DNA of 53,738 nucleotides from an uncultured Candidatus Saccharibacteria bacterium (lineage in GTDB: Bacteria; Patescibacteriota; Dojkabacteria; J137; JAEUSD01), in the NCBI GenBank assembly GCA_964446595.1, contig CAYUPY010000004.1, forward strand, positions 1 to 53,738, given 5' to 3'. The position numbers and the translations under genes were made by a program. The notes below the pieces were generated by a model that was not told the DNA's origin, searched no databases, and saw nothing but the letters and a program-made list of their open reading frames with translations. Numbering within the stretch: position 1 is the stretch's first letter; the number at the start of each line of letters is the position of its first letter. Positions 1-9,408 of this stretch are shown in pieces.

Positions 1-586
1 ACTTATTATAGTCATGGAATAAATAGAGTAGACTCATGATTAAAATTACTCCATAAAAAAGGGCGCTTGTTGTAGTCTGAATTATCCCACCGGCTAAACT
101 ACCTATACCTTCTAACATATCACCAAAAAGATTAGTTAAACCTTCTGAAACTCTAATTTGAGGCTCACCTAACTGATTGCGTTCAATACCCAGGATTTGA
201 TAGGCTTCGATTCCACTTTCTTCAAGGCGATTAAGTAAAGTCGCCGCCTGTTCGTTTATTGAGGTTTCTAGGCTGGCAATATCTACAGAAGCATTACCAC
301 TACCTACTACTAGGTTACTAAGCTCGCTGATCGTAAAAGCAATAATTAAAATAATTGGGATTACAACCACTGCAATCGCAGCCACAGTAGCAATCAGAGA
401 GCCAAGTGCCTCTGAATTTAATTTGACAGAGACATACTTATACAATGGATAGAAAATTTGCACCAGAACCAGTGCTACCACTAGTACATTTACGAAAGGA
501 CTAAAGATGGTTAGCATCAAATATGCCAGTAAAGCGAGAACCACCAAAAAGAAGAAGCTTTTAATATCTAGTTTTCCTAACTCCAT
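1..586 (-). CDS. AI-2E/PerM family membrane transporter, runs off the left edge (not in ORF track)
   Basis: Manual translation from ATG at 586 gives MELGKLDIKSFFFLVVLALLAYLMLTIFSPFVNVLVVALVLVQIFYPLYKY...LLYLFHD, open to the edge. The P-F...YP-Y and late Y-x-x-x-D pattern is typical of AI-2E. Confidence 0.75.
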   Translation of the reverse strand, partial: MELGKLDIKSFFFLVVLALLAYLMLTIFSPFVNVLVVALVLVQIFYPLYKYVSVKLNSEALGSLIATVAAIAVVVIPIILIIAFTISELSNLVVGSGNASVDIASLETSINEQAATLLNRLEESGIEAYQILGIERNQLGEPQIRVSEGLTNLFGDMLEGIGSLAGGIIQTTTSALFYGVILIMSLLYLFHDYNK

Positions 587-1062
587 CTGTCTAAGTTTCC
601 TAACTCATAATTAGATAATTTTTGTTGTCTTTGAGGCTCTTTATCGCTGAAGATTACGAAACCTACTAGACTAATGCCTACACCAAATAAAGCAATGCCG
701 CCTATTGTCAATAATCCAGCGTTTGACTGCATATCTATGTAGTAGGCAGTAAAAGGGATGCGTAGCTTACCTGCATTATTAGTTGTACCGGTAGTGAGGC
801 TTGGGGCAGTTGTTTCTCCGGCTACCTGACCTCCCTCTGAGTCAGCATTAACATCCTGATTCTGGTTGCTTGATCCGCTCTGTTGTTGACGTTCTGCAAG
901 AGCATCTGCTGTGTAAGGGGCAGGGCCAGAGTCAAAATTTTGACGCTGAGACTCTATCCAACCAGCAGGGATAATAAAAACCACTATAAAGACCAATGCA
1001 GCACTAAGTATCTGCATAAAAGAGATCTGTACATCACTGTGGGCAAAATCGTCGTTGTACAT
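577..1062 (-). CDS. Hypothetical membrane protein (two TM segments, low-complexity linker)
   Basis: 161 aa ORF co-oriented with its neighbours; hydrophobic N- and C-terminal segments. Confidence 0.65.
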   Translation of the reverse strand: MYNDDFAHSDVQISFMQILSAALVFIVVFIIPAGWIESQRQNFDSGPAPYTADALAERQQQSGSSNQNQDVNADSEGGQVAGETTAPSLTTGTTNNAGKLRIPFTAYYIDMQSNAGLLTIGGIALFGVGISLVGFVIFSDKEPQRQQKLSNYELGNLDRWS

Positions 1063-1111
1063 AAAAGGCTCAGACAGGTATATCTACTACAGTTTAGTAG
1101 GTTTTAGTACC

Positions 1112-2206
1112 TTATTGCAAATAGTTAGCTATATTCTGACTGTGCTGGCTAAAAGTTTCGGCATAGTAATTGCGCCCATCGTTCCCGGTGATAAAGTAGT
1201 AGTAAGGGGTAGTTGCTGGTTCCAACACTGCTTTAATGGCATTTATCCCTGGGTTAGAAATCGGGGTCGGTGTAAGTCCAGGTAAAGCGCGAGTATTGTA
1301 GGGATTACTTGTATCCTCTAGATCAGCGATTGTAAGGGCTCTTTTCCAATCCTTAAACTTATATAAAACGGTTGCATCAGCTCCAAGTAAAGTGTTTTGT
1401 TCGTATCGCTTTAGAAAAATATCAGCAACAGTAGGCTTTTCCGGCTTAGGACCTGCTTCACGTTCTACTATGCTTGCAAGTATTAATGCATTGTAAAAAT
1501 TGTCGGCACGGCCCACATTTTCAGGGTCAAGGTCGTTATCTTCTAAACGCTTAATAAAGTTACTTAACTGCAACTCTAGAACTTGCTTAGTGCTAGCATC
1601 AGTACCAAAAACATATGTGTCAGGAAAAATAAAACCTTCTAAGTTCTTACCCTGAGGCTTATATTTGTTCAAAAACGCCTCTATCTGAGCAGAAAACTCC
1701 GTACTTTCTGGGTTTTCAATCAAGTTGATGTACTCACTCTTACTAAATCGGGCCTCTTCGATAATTTCGAATGCTTGGGCTAACCGGTCGGCCACCTCGT
1801 CATATCGCCATCCTTCTGGGATAGTGATAGTAACACTCTTTACCACAGGTCCTGCATTTAAACGTTCAATTAATTGGGGGATGTTTTTTCCACCACTAAT
1901 TCTATATGTACCCGCCTGTAGGTTTAGTTCTGGTTCATTAAGACGTACGTAAATACGCAAGACATCCGTGTTGCTGAGTAAGTTTTCAGCAACCAAAGCA
2001 GGGGCAATATCAAATAAGGTATCACCTTGATCGACGATAATTTCGCTAAACTCAGTCTGAGAGCCGACAGGTTCATATACTTGGGTTCGGTACCAGTTGT
2101 TAGCAAAGTAGGCCGCAGCGACAATCATAATAATAGGTAGTAATACACAACCGAAAGCTAGTCTCCATCGAGTATTCTTTTTTTGATAAGGGTTAGTCTT
2201 GTTCAT
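1112..2206 (-). CDS. mltG: Endolytic transglycosylase MltG (YceG)
   Basis: N-terminal TM; TIPEG, LEGFIFPDTY, LASIVERE, SNPYNT, GLTPTPISNPG motifs. Confidence 0.95.
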   Translation of the reverse strand: MNKTNPYQKKNTRWRLAFGCVLLPIIMIVAAAYFANNWYRTQVYEPVGSQTEFSEIIVDQGDTLFDIAPALVAENLLSNTDVLRIYVRLNEPELNLQAGTYRISGGKNIPQLIERLNAGPVVKSVTITIPEGWRYDEVADRLAQAFEIIEEARFSKSEYINLIENPESTEFSAQIEAFLNKYKPQGKNLEGFIFPDTYVFGTDASTKQVLELQLSNFIKRLEDNDLDPENVGRADNFYNALILASIVEREAGPKPEKPTVADIFLKRYEQNTLLGADATVLYKFKDWKRALTIADLEDTSNPYNTRALPGLTPTPISNPGINAIKAVLEPATTPYYYFITGNDGRNYYAETFSQHSQNIANYLQ

Positions 2207-2600
2207 TATTTATAAGATTATTATCTAGATATTCTTGCAACATTATTCTAGCAGCCTCTGCATGGATGCGGGGGTCTTTTGCATCAAAGTTCTGAGCTGC
2301 AAGTTGCGATGTGTGATTTTCGTTCCACATTACAACTGGAATGGAGAGTGCTTTAGCTAATTGGGAACTAAACTCTTCAATTTGTTTACCCATCTCGCTT
2401 ACTTGATTATCTACAGTAAGCGGTAGGCCGCATACAATCTTACCAACATGATAGTCACTAACAATTTTAGTCAATTCCTTAATTAGTAGATGGTGTTTTC
2501 TCGCGCTAATTGTAGTTAAGGGGAGAGCAGTTTTAAGTTTGGAGTCAGAAATGGCAACTCCTGTTTGTTTAGTGCCGTAGTCGAGACAAAGTATCTTCAT
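2193..2600 (-). CDS. ruvX: YqgF/RuvX RNase H-fold nuclease
   Basis: LDYGTKQTGVAISD, VCGLP, NENHTS, AARIMLQEYLD; usual position upstream of mltG. Confidence 0.92.
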   Translation of the reverse strand: MKILCLDYGTKQTGVAISDSKLKTALPLTTISARKHHLLIKELTKIVSDYHVGKIVCGLPLTVDNQVSEMGKQIEEFSSQLAKALSIPVVMWNENHTSQLAAQNFDAKDPRIHAEAARIMLQEYLDNNLINNEQD

Positions 2601-2723
2601 TAGCTAATTTTACCAGAAGTGTGGAGATTTAACCTCCGCTTAACTTTCGAGATATATTATGTGTTCTATAAATTTGTACAAGCAGAATGTAAGTATCAGT
2701 AATGTAAATCTTATTTCGTTCAA

Positions 2724-3422
2724 ATGCATAGTTCAACTTTTTTACACAAAGTAGCTCAGGTGGCTTTTCCTAAGTATTGTTATGGTTGTGGTCGAGTGGG
2801 TTCTTATCTGTGTGGGCGGTGCCGAATATATAAGATTAATCATATTTTTGAGCAAGTCTGCCATGTGTGCCATCTACCGACAGGTAATGGTGAGTTGCAC
2901 AGCGAGTGTAAGCAGTACACATATTTAGACGGGGTGATAGCTTTGGGTAGATATGAGGGCGTATTAAAGGATCTAATTCTGGCCGCCAAATATCAGTTTT
3001 ATGAAGCTGTGCTTGTGGAGTTGGCAGAGCTATTGGCGCTAAGGGTGCTCGAATACCCTTATTTGTCTGAGAGCTGCTTTATTACATTTGTTCCTGCTTC
3101 CCGCCAGCGGAAGCGCTGGCGGGGGTTCAATCAAGCTGAAAAGTTAGCTAACTTTTTGTGCCTCGGGGTGGTAAAGGGTGTATTGGTAAAAAGTCCAGGT
3201 ACTAAAGTGCAAGCAAAGCTAGATAGGGCAGATAGGCTAGTTAATCTGCAAAATGCTATTTGGCTAGATAAAGATTATTTTCAGCTGGTAGCCGAATCAA
3301 GGTCTGTAGTGATTGTTGACGATGTGTTTACTACTGGTGCAACACTTGAATCCTGCTCAAGAGAGTTAAAACGTAACAACCCAGGCCTTGTTGTGTATAG
3401 TTTGGTGTTGGCGTTAGGATAG
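2724..3422 (+). CDS. comF: ComF family protein (Zn finger + PRTase-like)
   Basis: CxxC pairs, RGFNQA, VVIVDDVFTTGATL. Confidence 0.92.
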   Translation: MHSSTFLHKVAQVAFPKYCYGCGRVGSYLCGRCRIYKINHIFEQVCHVCHLPTGNGELHSECKQYTYLDGVIALGRYEGVLKDLILAAKYQFYEAVLVELAELLALRVLEYPYLSESCFITFVPASRQRKRWRGFNQAEKLANFLCLGVVKGVLVKSPGTKVQAKLDRADRLVNLQNAIWLDKDYFQLVAESRSVVIVDDVFTTGATLESCSRELKRNNPGLVVYSLVLALG

Positions 3423-3489
3423 GTTATGCACGCGTAGCCCCTAATGTTACGTTTTTCTGTGCACCGTGAAACACCTATCTGGCCAGCAC

Positions 3490-3518
3490 TTGAAGGAAAA
3501 CGTTTGTTAGTCTATAAT
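3490..3518 (+). promoter_or_regulatory. Sigma70-type promoter of ssrA
   Basis: TTGAAG-17 nt-TATAAT about 70 nt upstream of the tmRNA. Confidence 0.7.
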
Positions 3519-3587
3519 TACTATGTTCTTTTACAACGTCGTCTCTCCCCAAATTTTCATCAATAAGCTTTAGCTGGTGAAAAACTG

Positions 3588-4029
3588 GGGGGTGTATGAT
3601 TCGACAGTAAACTTTTTGTATTTGTGGCAAGTCAGAGCGTAATCGGTGCTCTGTAAAATATCCGGTTAACAACAATAAGCGTCAATAATACTTTCGCTAA
3701 CGTTGTAAGAAATGCAAAAACTGCAATCGCCGAATTCAATGCTGGTCTAAACACCATGCTTTCTTTCGCTGCATAATTTAGCGCTTACAACACTCTTTCA
3801 TTAGAGCGTCACTAATCGCCATGTCTGGCCAACGATTAGCTGGCGACACTATTGCCAGGCTGCAGTCCTAATCCGGGCTTCGGGTGACGGACTTAAGCAC
3901 TAATAGAAGCGTATGACATGCTTTTCGTTTAGTCTCGATATGTCATAGCTAACCCCAGACTAAACTATACTTGTACACTGCAGATATGAAGAATTACTGG
4001 ACAGGGGTTCAATCCCCTCATCTCCACCA
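3588..4029 (+). ncRNA. ssrA: tmRNA (about 442 nt)
   Basis: 5' GGGGGTG..ATTCGAC pairs with 3' CATCTCC-ACCA (G3:U alanine identity); T-arm GGGGTTCAATCCCC; internal ORF ending LSFAA-stop at 3774-3776. Confidence 0.95.
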
Positions 4030-4091
4030 TTTTTTTACGACGTTCTGTGAGTAGCTATGCCATTATTTTGGAAAGTTAGCTAAGATTAGCC

Positions 4092-5807
4092 ATGTCACGT
4101 TACGCTTTAATAGTATATTCCATTCTTTTCGCTATTCTGTTTGTACTCAATGGAGTGCCTTACATTCAGAGTGATGGGTTTGGCTCATTCCATATCACCC
4201 AATGTCTGATCAATGAGCAGAAGTGGGCCTGTGAGCGTCGCCCAGATTATTACCCTGACTACGTTGAGCATGCTGTAGTGCGTACAGAAGATAATAAGTA
4301 TGCGACTGTTTATGCCCCAGGAGCAGCATTAGTAAACCTTCCTTTACAATTAGTCATCTCAACTTTGGAACAGAAGCCAGAACTGGAAGATGATCTGTTT
4401 TTAGCAACTGCGGGACATACTATTGGGCAGGGAATAGGGTTTTTGTTAACGGCCAGCATACTTTCGTTTGCTAGCATAATATTGATTTATAAAACCTTGA
4501 CAAGCTTGGGATTCGGAGAGAAAGTGGCACTTTTAGCAGTTGGTACGAGTTATGCCTCCTCTTATGCCATATGGTATGTGCTGTTAAATTCTGGATTTAA
4601 CCATACGGTGGAAGTGTTTGCGCTTTCACTTTTTTTCTGGGCATTTGTGAAAGCGCAACAGGCTCTTGGATCAATCAATACTAGATACTGGGGCTTAACC
4701 GGCGTGGCATTAGGTTTGGCAACTATTTCGCGACCAACATTAGCTATCGTAATTTTACCGGTTGCCATTTATCTTTTGTTTACAAGACGTTGGCGTGCAT
4801 TAGCTGCTTTTATTTTAGGAGGGGTGCCTTTCGCATTATTGTGGTTTTCTTATAACTACGACTCATATGGGTCCATTGTGGCATCTGGTTATGATCAATT
4901 ATTTGCTGGTCAGAATTTTCAGTTTTCGCAGTGGAATGGCATCAACTTACTTTTCTCCCCATACAGAGGTTGGTTCGTTTATTCCCCATTGTTCTTACTT
5001 GGGTGCGGTAGTTTGATTTGGCAATATATAAAAAATCCTGTACGGAGACTTACAAATACCGTAGTGATCTTTGGCATTATGGGTACAGCCTTAATATATG
5101 GATTTTGGCCTATGTGGTGGGGAGGGGGGAGTTATGGACAACGCTTTATGTTGGCGATCCTTCCTTTTTCTACGCTAGGAGTAGCTTATTTTTTTCAGTA
5201 CATTCTAAATACAGAGCACAAGAAGTTAGCTAATTTAGGATTGAAGGTAATAGTAGCCTTGTTCGTAGGGTGGAGCCTACTACTTACGATTCTTTATAGG
5301 TTTACACCTGTGGAACAATTGCGACCGAGCGATGACACAGTAGGAATTATGCTAGCGGGTGATCGTTATACACCGGCAGACATTCTCTCATATCAGCCAA
5401 AATTCCAGTCTTTTGCCGGCGGTAATAGCTTTGTACCAATTCTATTGAATAAAAGTAACTCAGTACTGCTTATTAATGGCCGAGAAAAACAAGAGTTAAG
5501 GCATATAACTTTGGAGATGGTGGAGGGAGAGAGTCCAGACACAGATATCGAATTCTATTTCCAAGACGAGAAACAAGATCGTGCTTACCAAGGTAGAATA
5601 AACATTAATCAACTAGCCGAAGAGATTGTAATTATCTGTGACGTGAACGCTTGTACAACAAACTCTAAAGGAGTGAAGTTGTCCAAAACGGAAACCTTTT
5701 CGCTTGATCGAAAAGAATATGAAGGTTTCAGTACAGTGGGTACGAAGATCTATTTTAAGCGGGCCGCAAACCTTTTTTACAAAGGCAACAAAATAAATTA
5801 CGTCTAA
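4092..5807 (+). CDS. GT-C fold polytopic membrane glycosyltransferase
   Basis: Many TM helices; SDG near N-terminus, YAPG, ATISRP, LFSPYRGWFVYSP, WWGGGSYGQRF. Confidence 0.7.
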   Translation: MSRYALIVYSILFAILFVLNGVPYIQSDGFGSFHITQCLINEQKWACERRPDYYPDYVEHAVVRTEDNKYATVYAPGAALVNLPLQLVISTLEQKPELEDDLFLATAGHTIGQGIGFLLTASILSFASIILIYKTLTSLGFGEKVALLAVGTSYASSYAIWYVLLNSGFNHTVEVFALSLFFWAFVKAQQALGSINTRYWGLTGVALGLATISRPTLAIVILPVAIYLLFTRRWRALAAFILGGVPFALLWFSYNYDSYGSIVASGYDQLFAGQNFQFSQWNGINLLFSPYRGWFVYSPLFLLGCGSLIWQYIKNPVRRLTNTVVIFGIMGTALIYGFWPMWWGGGSYGQRFMLAILPFSTLGVAYFFQYILNTEHKKLANLGLKVIVALFVGWSLLLTILYRFTPVEQLRPSDDTVGIMLAGDRYTPADILSYQPKFQSFAGGNSFVPILLNKSNSVLLINGREKQELRHITLEMVEGESPDTDIEFYFQDEKQDRAYQGRININQLAEEIVIICDVNACTTNSKGVKLSKTETFSLDRKEYEGFSTVGTKIYFKRAANLFYKGNKINYV

Positions 5808-5856
5808 AAGCCGTTTTTCTGCTAAAATCTCGTGCTAAATTACGTTTAATAATCTC

Positions 5857-6702
5857 ATGGATTTAGGAGTTGTTCTCTTTTACGAGCCCATATTTAACCT
5901 GCTAGTAGTCTTTTATCGTCTCTTTGGTGGTGACTTGGCATTGGCAATTATTGCGATAGCCTTTCTTTCTAGATTGCTTACCTTCCCGCTGACCATGCGT
6001 CAAATTAAAATGGCGGAAACAAGTCAAGACTTTAATGCCAAGGTAAAAGAGATTCGTAAGAAACATAAAGATGACCAGGAGAAACAGACTCAAGAATTAA
6101 TGAAGGTGCAGTCAGAGTATCTGCCCGGGCAGCTTAGCGGTTGTGTCGGGATGATTGTACAGTTGGTCATTTTAGTGAACATTTTTAACGTAATTCGCAA
6201 TCTAGTCGCAGACGGTGTAGCGTCTTTTAATACCGTGGCCTATCCGTTCGTGCCAATGTTTGAAGAGACGGTGGAAATAAATAAAAACTTTTTAGGAATT
6301 ATAAACTTAGGTACAACGGCCTCCGCCGTGGGCTTTGATGATATCGGTATTGTGTTGCCATATATTTTGCTAGCAATAGCAGTTGGTGCAACACAGTTCT
6401 TTTCCGCAAGGATATTGATGGGTCTGCGCAAAAAGCGTCAACCAGTTAAAGTTGAGAAAGAGAAGAAGTCTAAGAAGAAAAAGAAAAAAGATGCTGAAGT
6501 TGAGCCTGAAGACTTTGCAGAAATCATGCAAAGATCCACACAACAAACCATGTTTATTATCCCGTTTTTGTTATTCTTCTCAGCACTAAATTTCCCTGCT
6601 GCATTAGGCATTTATTGGACTGTACAAAGTGGCTTTGTTATAATCCAGCAGCTTGTAATTGATTACTTAGTAAACCGAAATGACAACAGCAGTAGTAACT
6701 GA
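5857..6702 (+). CDS. yidC: YidC/Oxa1 membrane protein insertase
   Basis: RLLTFPL, coiled-coil, GC..Q, FPAALGIYW; upstream of jag. Confidence 0.93.
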   Translation: MDLGVVLFYEPIFNLLVVFYRLFGGDLALAIIAIAFLSRLLTFPLTMRQIKMAETSQDFNAKVKEIRKKHKDDQEKQTQELMKVQSEYLPGQLSGCVGMIVQLVILVNIFNVIRNLVADGVASFNTVAYPFVPMFEETVEINKNFLGIINLGTTASAVGFDDIGIVLPYILLAIAVGATQFFSARILMGLRKKRQPVKVEKEKKSKKKKKKDAEVEPEDFAEIMQRSTQQTMFIIPFLLFFSALNFPAALGIYWTVQSGFVIIQQLVIDYLVNRNDNSSSN

Positions 6703-7195
6703 ACAAATTAAGCCTAAAATAGTAGATCTATTTGATTTACTCGGAGTAGAGGCAGAGGTGGAAATCCTTGTTCAGTCAGAAGAAGTGATGTTGGATGAGG
6801 CAGAACAGGAAGATCAAGAAAGAGAAGATCGGCACTACCTAAGAGCAAACGTTACAATGCAGTCTGGTGCTGAATTTATTGGGAAGCACGGTAATCGTTT
6901 ACAGGACCTAACCACAATTGTGAATATGTTTTTGCCTACTGAGGCCAGAAACTTTAGTGTGATTTTGGACATTAACAACTATCGCACGGAACGTGAAGAG
7001 TATATTAGACAAATTGCAAAGCGCAATATTGAACACGCTGCCTTAACCGCAACTGAAGTAGCATTAGAACCAATGCTACCTTGGGAGCGTCGTTTAGTGC
7101 ACATGGTAGCAGCTCAACGTACTGATGTAATGACTGAAAGTGCAGGTGAGGGCGAAACCCGCCATGTGATTATCAAACCAATGAGCGCAGTTTAA
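6680..7195 (+). CDS. jag: Jag/EloR (KhpB) KH + R3H RNA-binding protein
   Basis: FIGKHG..L, DINNYR, LEPM..ERRLVH, SAGEG..RHV. Confidence 0.9.
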   Translation: MTTAVVTEQIKPKIVDLFDLLGVEAEVEILVQSEEVMLDEAEQEDQEREDRHYLRANVTMQSGAEFIGKHGNRLQDLTTIVNMFLPTEARNFSVILDINNYRTEREEYIRQIAKRNIEHAALTATEVALEPMLPWERRLVHMVAAQRTDVMTESAGEGETRHVIIKPMSAV

Positions 7196-7220
7196 TTTTT
7201 TATTATTTAGAAGACTTAAT

Positions 7221-7901
7221 ATGGCTAAGTTATCGGTCAGCCCACGAGAAATCGCTGGAAAAAAAGTGAAACAACTGCGTGAAGAAGGAAAGCTTCCAGC
7301 AGTGTTGTTTGGCCCAGACTTTGAACCTACTAACGTTTTAGTAGACGACAAAGAATTTAGGGCAGTATTTAAGGAGAATGGTTACAGTTCTTTAATAGAC
7401 GTAATTACTCCTGAGGGAGAAAAAGAAAAAGTTCTATTTAAAGAAATTCAACAACATCCAGTTACAGACGAAATTTTGCACGTTTCCATGTATGTTGTAG
7501 ATCCAAAGAAACCAATCACTGCCGAAGTACCACTAGAGTATATTGGTACTTCGAAAGCTGAGAAGGACGGTTTAGGCTTTGTTGCATACAGTCTAGACAG
7601 TGTAGCGGTGCGTTGTTTACCAAAAGATCTTCCATCTGAGTTGGTTATAGATATTTCAAGTCTAGCAACTACAGCAGATGTAATTATGGTAAATGAGATT
7701 CAGCTTCCTGAAGGTGTTGAATTTGATAGTCGTGTGGATACCAATGCACTTGTAGCTTCTATTGCTACTGCTCAGAAAATCGAGGATGTGCTTGAAGAGA
7801 TTGCTGAGGGTGAAGGTGTTGAGACTGAAGTCGGAGAAGATGAAGATGGTGAAGAAGGTGAATCTGGCGACAGTGAAGATACAGAATCTGAAGAAAAGTA
7901 G
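7221..7901 (+). CDS. rplY: 50S ribosomal protein bL25/Ctc
   Basis: LREEGKLPAVLFG, QQHPVTDEILHV, acidic tail. Confidence 0.95.
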   Translation: MAKLSVSPREIAGKKVKQLREEGKLPAVLFGPDFEPTNVLVDDKEFRAVFKENGYSSLIDVITPEGEKEKVLFKEIQQHPVTDEILHVSMYVVDPKKPITAEVPLEYIGTSKAEKDGLGFVAYSLDSVAVRCLPKDLPSELVIDISSLATTADVIMVNEIQLPEGVEFDSRVDTNALVASIATAQKIEDVLEEIAEGEGVETEVGEDEDGEEGESGDSEDTESEEK

Positions 7902-7934
7902 TGTAGAATTCTACATTAATTTTCAACACTCCAT

Positions 7935-7966
7935 AAAAGAGAGGGCAAATTCAGCCCTCTCTTTTT
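7935..7966 (+). terminator. Intrinsic terminator after rplY
   Basis: AAAAGAGAGGGC-7 nt loop-GCCCTCTCTTTTT. Confidence 0.9.
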
Positions 7967-7983
7967 AGTAGTGCAAATCCTTG

Positions 7984-7999
7984 TAAAAGTATACTTTTA
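7984..7999. promoter_or_regulatory. Perfect 16-bp palindrome, putative operator
   Basis: TAAAAGTATACTTTTA, overlapping a TTGTAA (-35-like) hexamer at 7981. Confidence 0.5.
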
Positions 8000-8037
8000 G
8001 AAGTATATATTGTGATATATAACGGGGTGCAAATAAA

Positions 8038-8053
8038 AGTGTGAATTCACACT
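8038..8053. promoter_or_regulatory. Perfect 16-bp palindrome, putative operator
   Basis: AGTGTGAATTCACACT at the -35 position relative to TAGAAT (8063-8068). Confidence 0.5.
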
Positions 8054-8073
8054 CATTTCCGTTAGAATAGTGT

Positions 8074-9408
8074 ATGTTCGGAAATAATAATACTACTCCA
8101 AATTCAGCTACTAATATGCAATTAAGTGGAATGGATCCCACCGGAGATCTTCAAAGGTTAAAAGACCTGGTGCATCAAACTCCAATGCCTGCCGGGTTAG
8201 TGGATAAGACTGACCGCATGCTTGTAAGGCTTGCCAGGATGATTCAGATGGGGAATTACTCTCAGGAGTTTGAATCGATGGAGCAGTATGTACGTACCAT
8301 TACGCAACTCCCCTGGGGTAAGTACACTGAGGATAACTTTGATCTTGAGCACGCAGAGGAAGAGCTGAACAGCAAGCACTATGGACTTAATCATGTTAAA
8401 GATTTGGTTTTAGAATACTTAGCAGTTATGAAGCTGCAGGAGGAAGGTTTACAATCCGTGTTAGCCGAAGCTGCAGCTAAAAGACCGGCGCAACCTGCTG
8501 TGAAACAGCAGGTTGCGCCATCCCAGCCTGTGAAACCAGGAGACCCGGTTGTTCCACAGAATCAGCAGCCAGTCGCAGCAGTGCAAAAATCTGTTTCACA
8601 GCCACAAAGGCAACCAGCACCTGCTACCCAACAAGGAATCCAAAAAAAAGAAATGTCGCGGCTCCAAGGGAGTTCTTCACACGCACCCGTATTGTGTTTT
8701 GTAGGAATTCAAGGTGTCGGCAAAACCTCTATAGCTAAATCGATTGCCAATGCACTTGGGAGAGAATTTCAACGCGTAGCCCTGGGTGCTATGGGGAGTG
8801 TAACTCAAATTAGGGGTGTAGCTCGCACACTTCCCAATGCTGAACCTGGTGCTATTGTAAAGTCGCTGATCAGTACTGGCAGTATGAATTCTGTAATTCT
8901 ACTAGATGAGATTGACAAGACAAGTAGTGAATCAGGATTGCGTTCTGATTTGATGGCAGCCTTGCTGGAGATTCTTGATCCAGAGCAGAATTCAACTTTT
9001 GTGGATCATTACATTGACTACCCAATAGATCTTTCCCGTTGTATGTTTATAACTACCGCTAATAATTTAGGAGGTATTTCAGCAGCGCTATTAGATAGGT
9101 TAGAAGTAATTCGATTTGGTTCGTATAAGGATGATGAGAAGATATTTATTGCCAAAGGGTACATGTTGCCAAAGGTACGGGAGGCAACAGGTTTAGGGCC
9201 AGAACAACTAGATTTCGCTGATGATGTATGGCCTTTGGTAGTGAGGCCTTTAGGGTTTGATGCTGGAGTGCGTCAGTTGGAAAGGACATTAACTATATTG
9301 GCTCGTAAAGTAGCCAGGCAGATAGTGGAAGGCAAAACAACAGGTGTTAAAATTACCACCGAAAACTTCCGCGATTATATTCCAGAGGATATTGGTGTTT
9401 ACAGCTAA
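8074..9408 (+). CDS. Lon-like AAA+ ATPase lacking the N-terminal substrate domain and C-terminal protease domain
   Basis: LPWG, HYGL..VK..LEYLAV, Walker A GIQGVGKT, LLDEIDK, ALLEILDPEQNSTFVDHY, LLDRLE, AGVRQLER; ends at the end of the AAA+ lid. Confidence 0.88.
   Translation: MFGNNNTTPNSATNMQLSGMDPTGDLQRLKDLVHQTPMPAGLVDKTDRMLVRLARMIQMGNYSQEFESMEQYVRTITQLPWGKYTEDNFDLEHAEEELNSKHYGLNHVKDLVLEYLAVMKLQEEGLQSVLAEAAAKRPAQPAVKQQVAPSQPVKPGDPVVPQNQQPVAAVQKSVSQPQRQPAPATQQGIQKKEMSRLQGSSSHAPVLCFVGIQGVGKTSIAKSIANALGREFQRVALGAMGSVTQIRGVARTLPNAEPGAIVKSLISTGSMNSVILLDEIDKTSSESGLRSDLMAALLEILDPEQNSTFVDHYIDYPIDLSRCMFITTANNLGGISAALLDRLEVIRFGSYKDDEKIFIAKGYMLPKVREATGLGPEQLDFADDVWPLVVRPLGFDAGVRQLERTLTILARKVARQIVEGKTTGVKITTENFRDYIPEDIGVYS

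Noticed and set aside
2640-2667. dif-like sequence (GATATA-TTATGTGTTCT)
   Set aside because: Only the right arm partly resembles a XerD site; the left arm does not match, and the region is an AT-rich divergent promoter.
3475-3675. 66-aa ORF on the minus strand
   Set aside because: Antisense to the tmRNA and its promoter.
4030-5807. Island integrated at the ssrA 3' end
   Set aside because: No integrase and no duplicated ssrA end seen; core genes resume at yidC.
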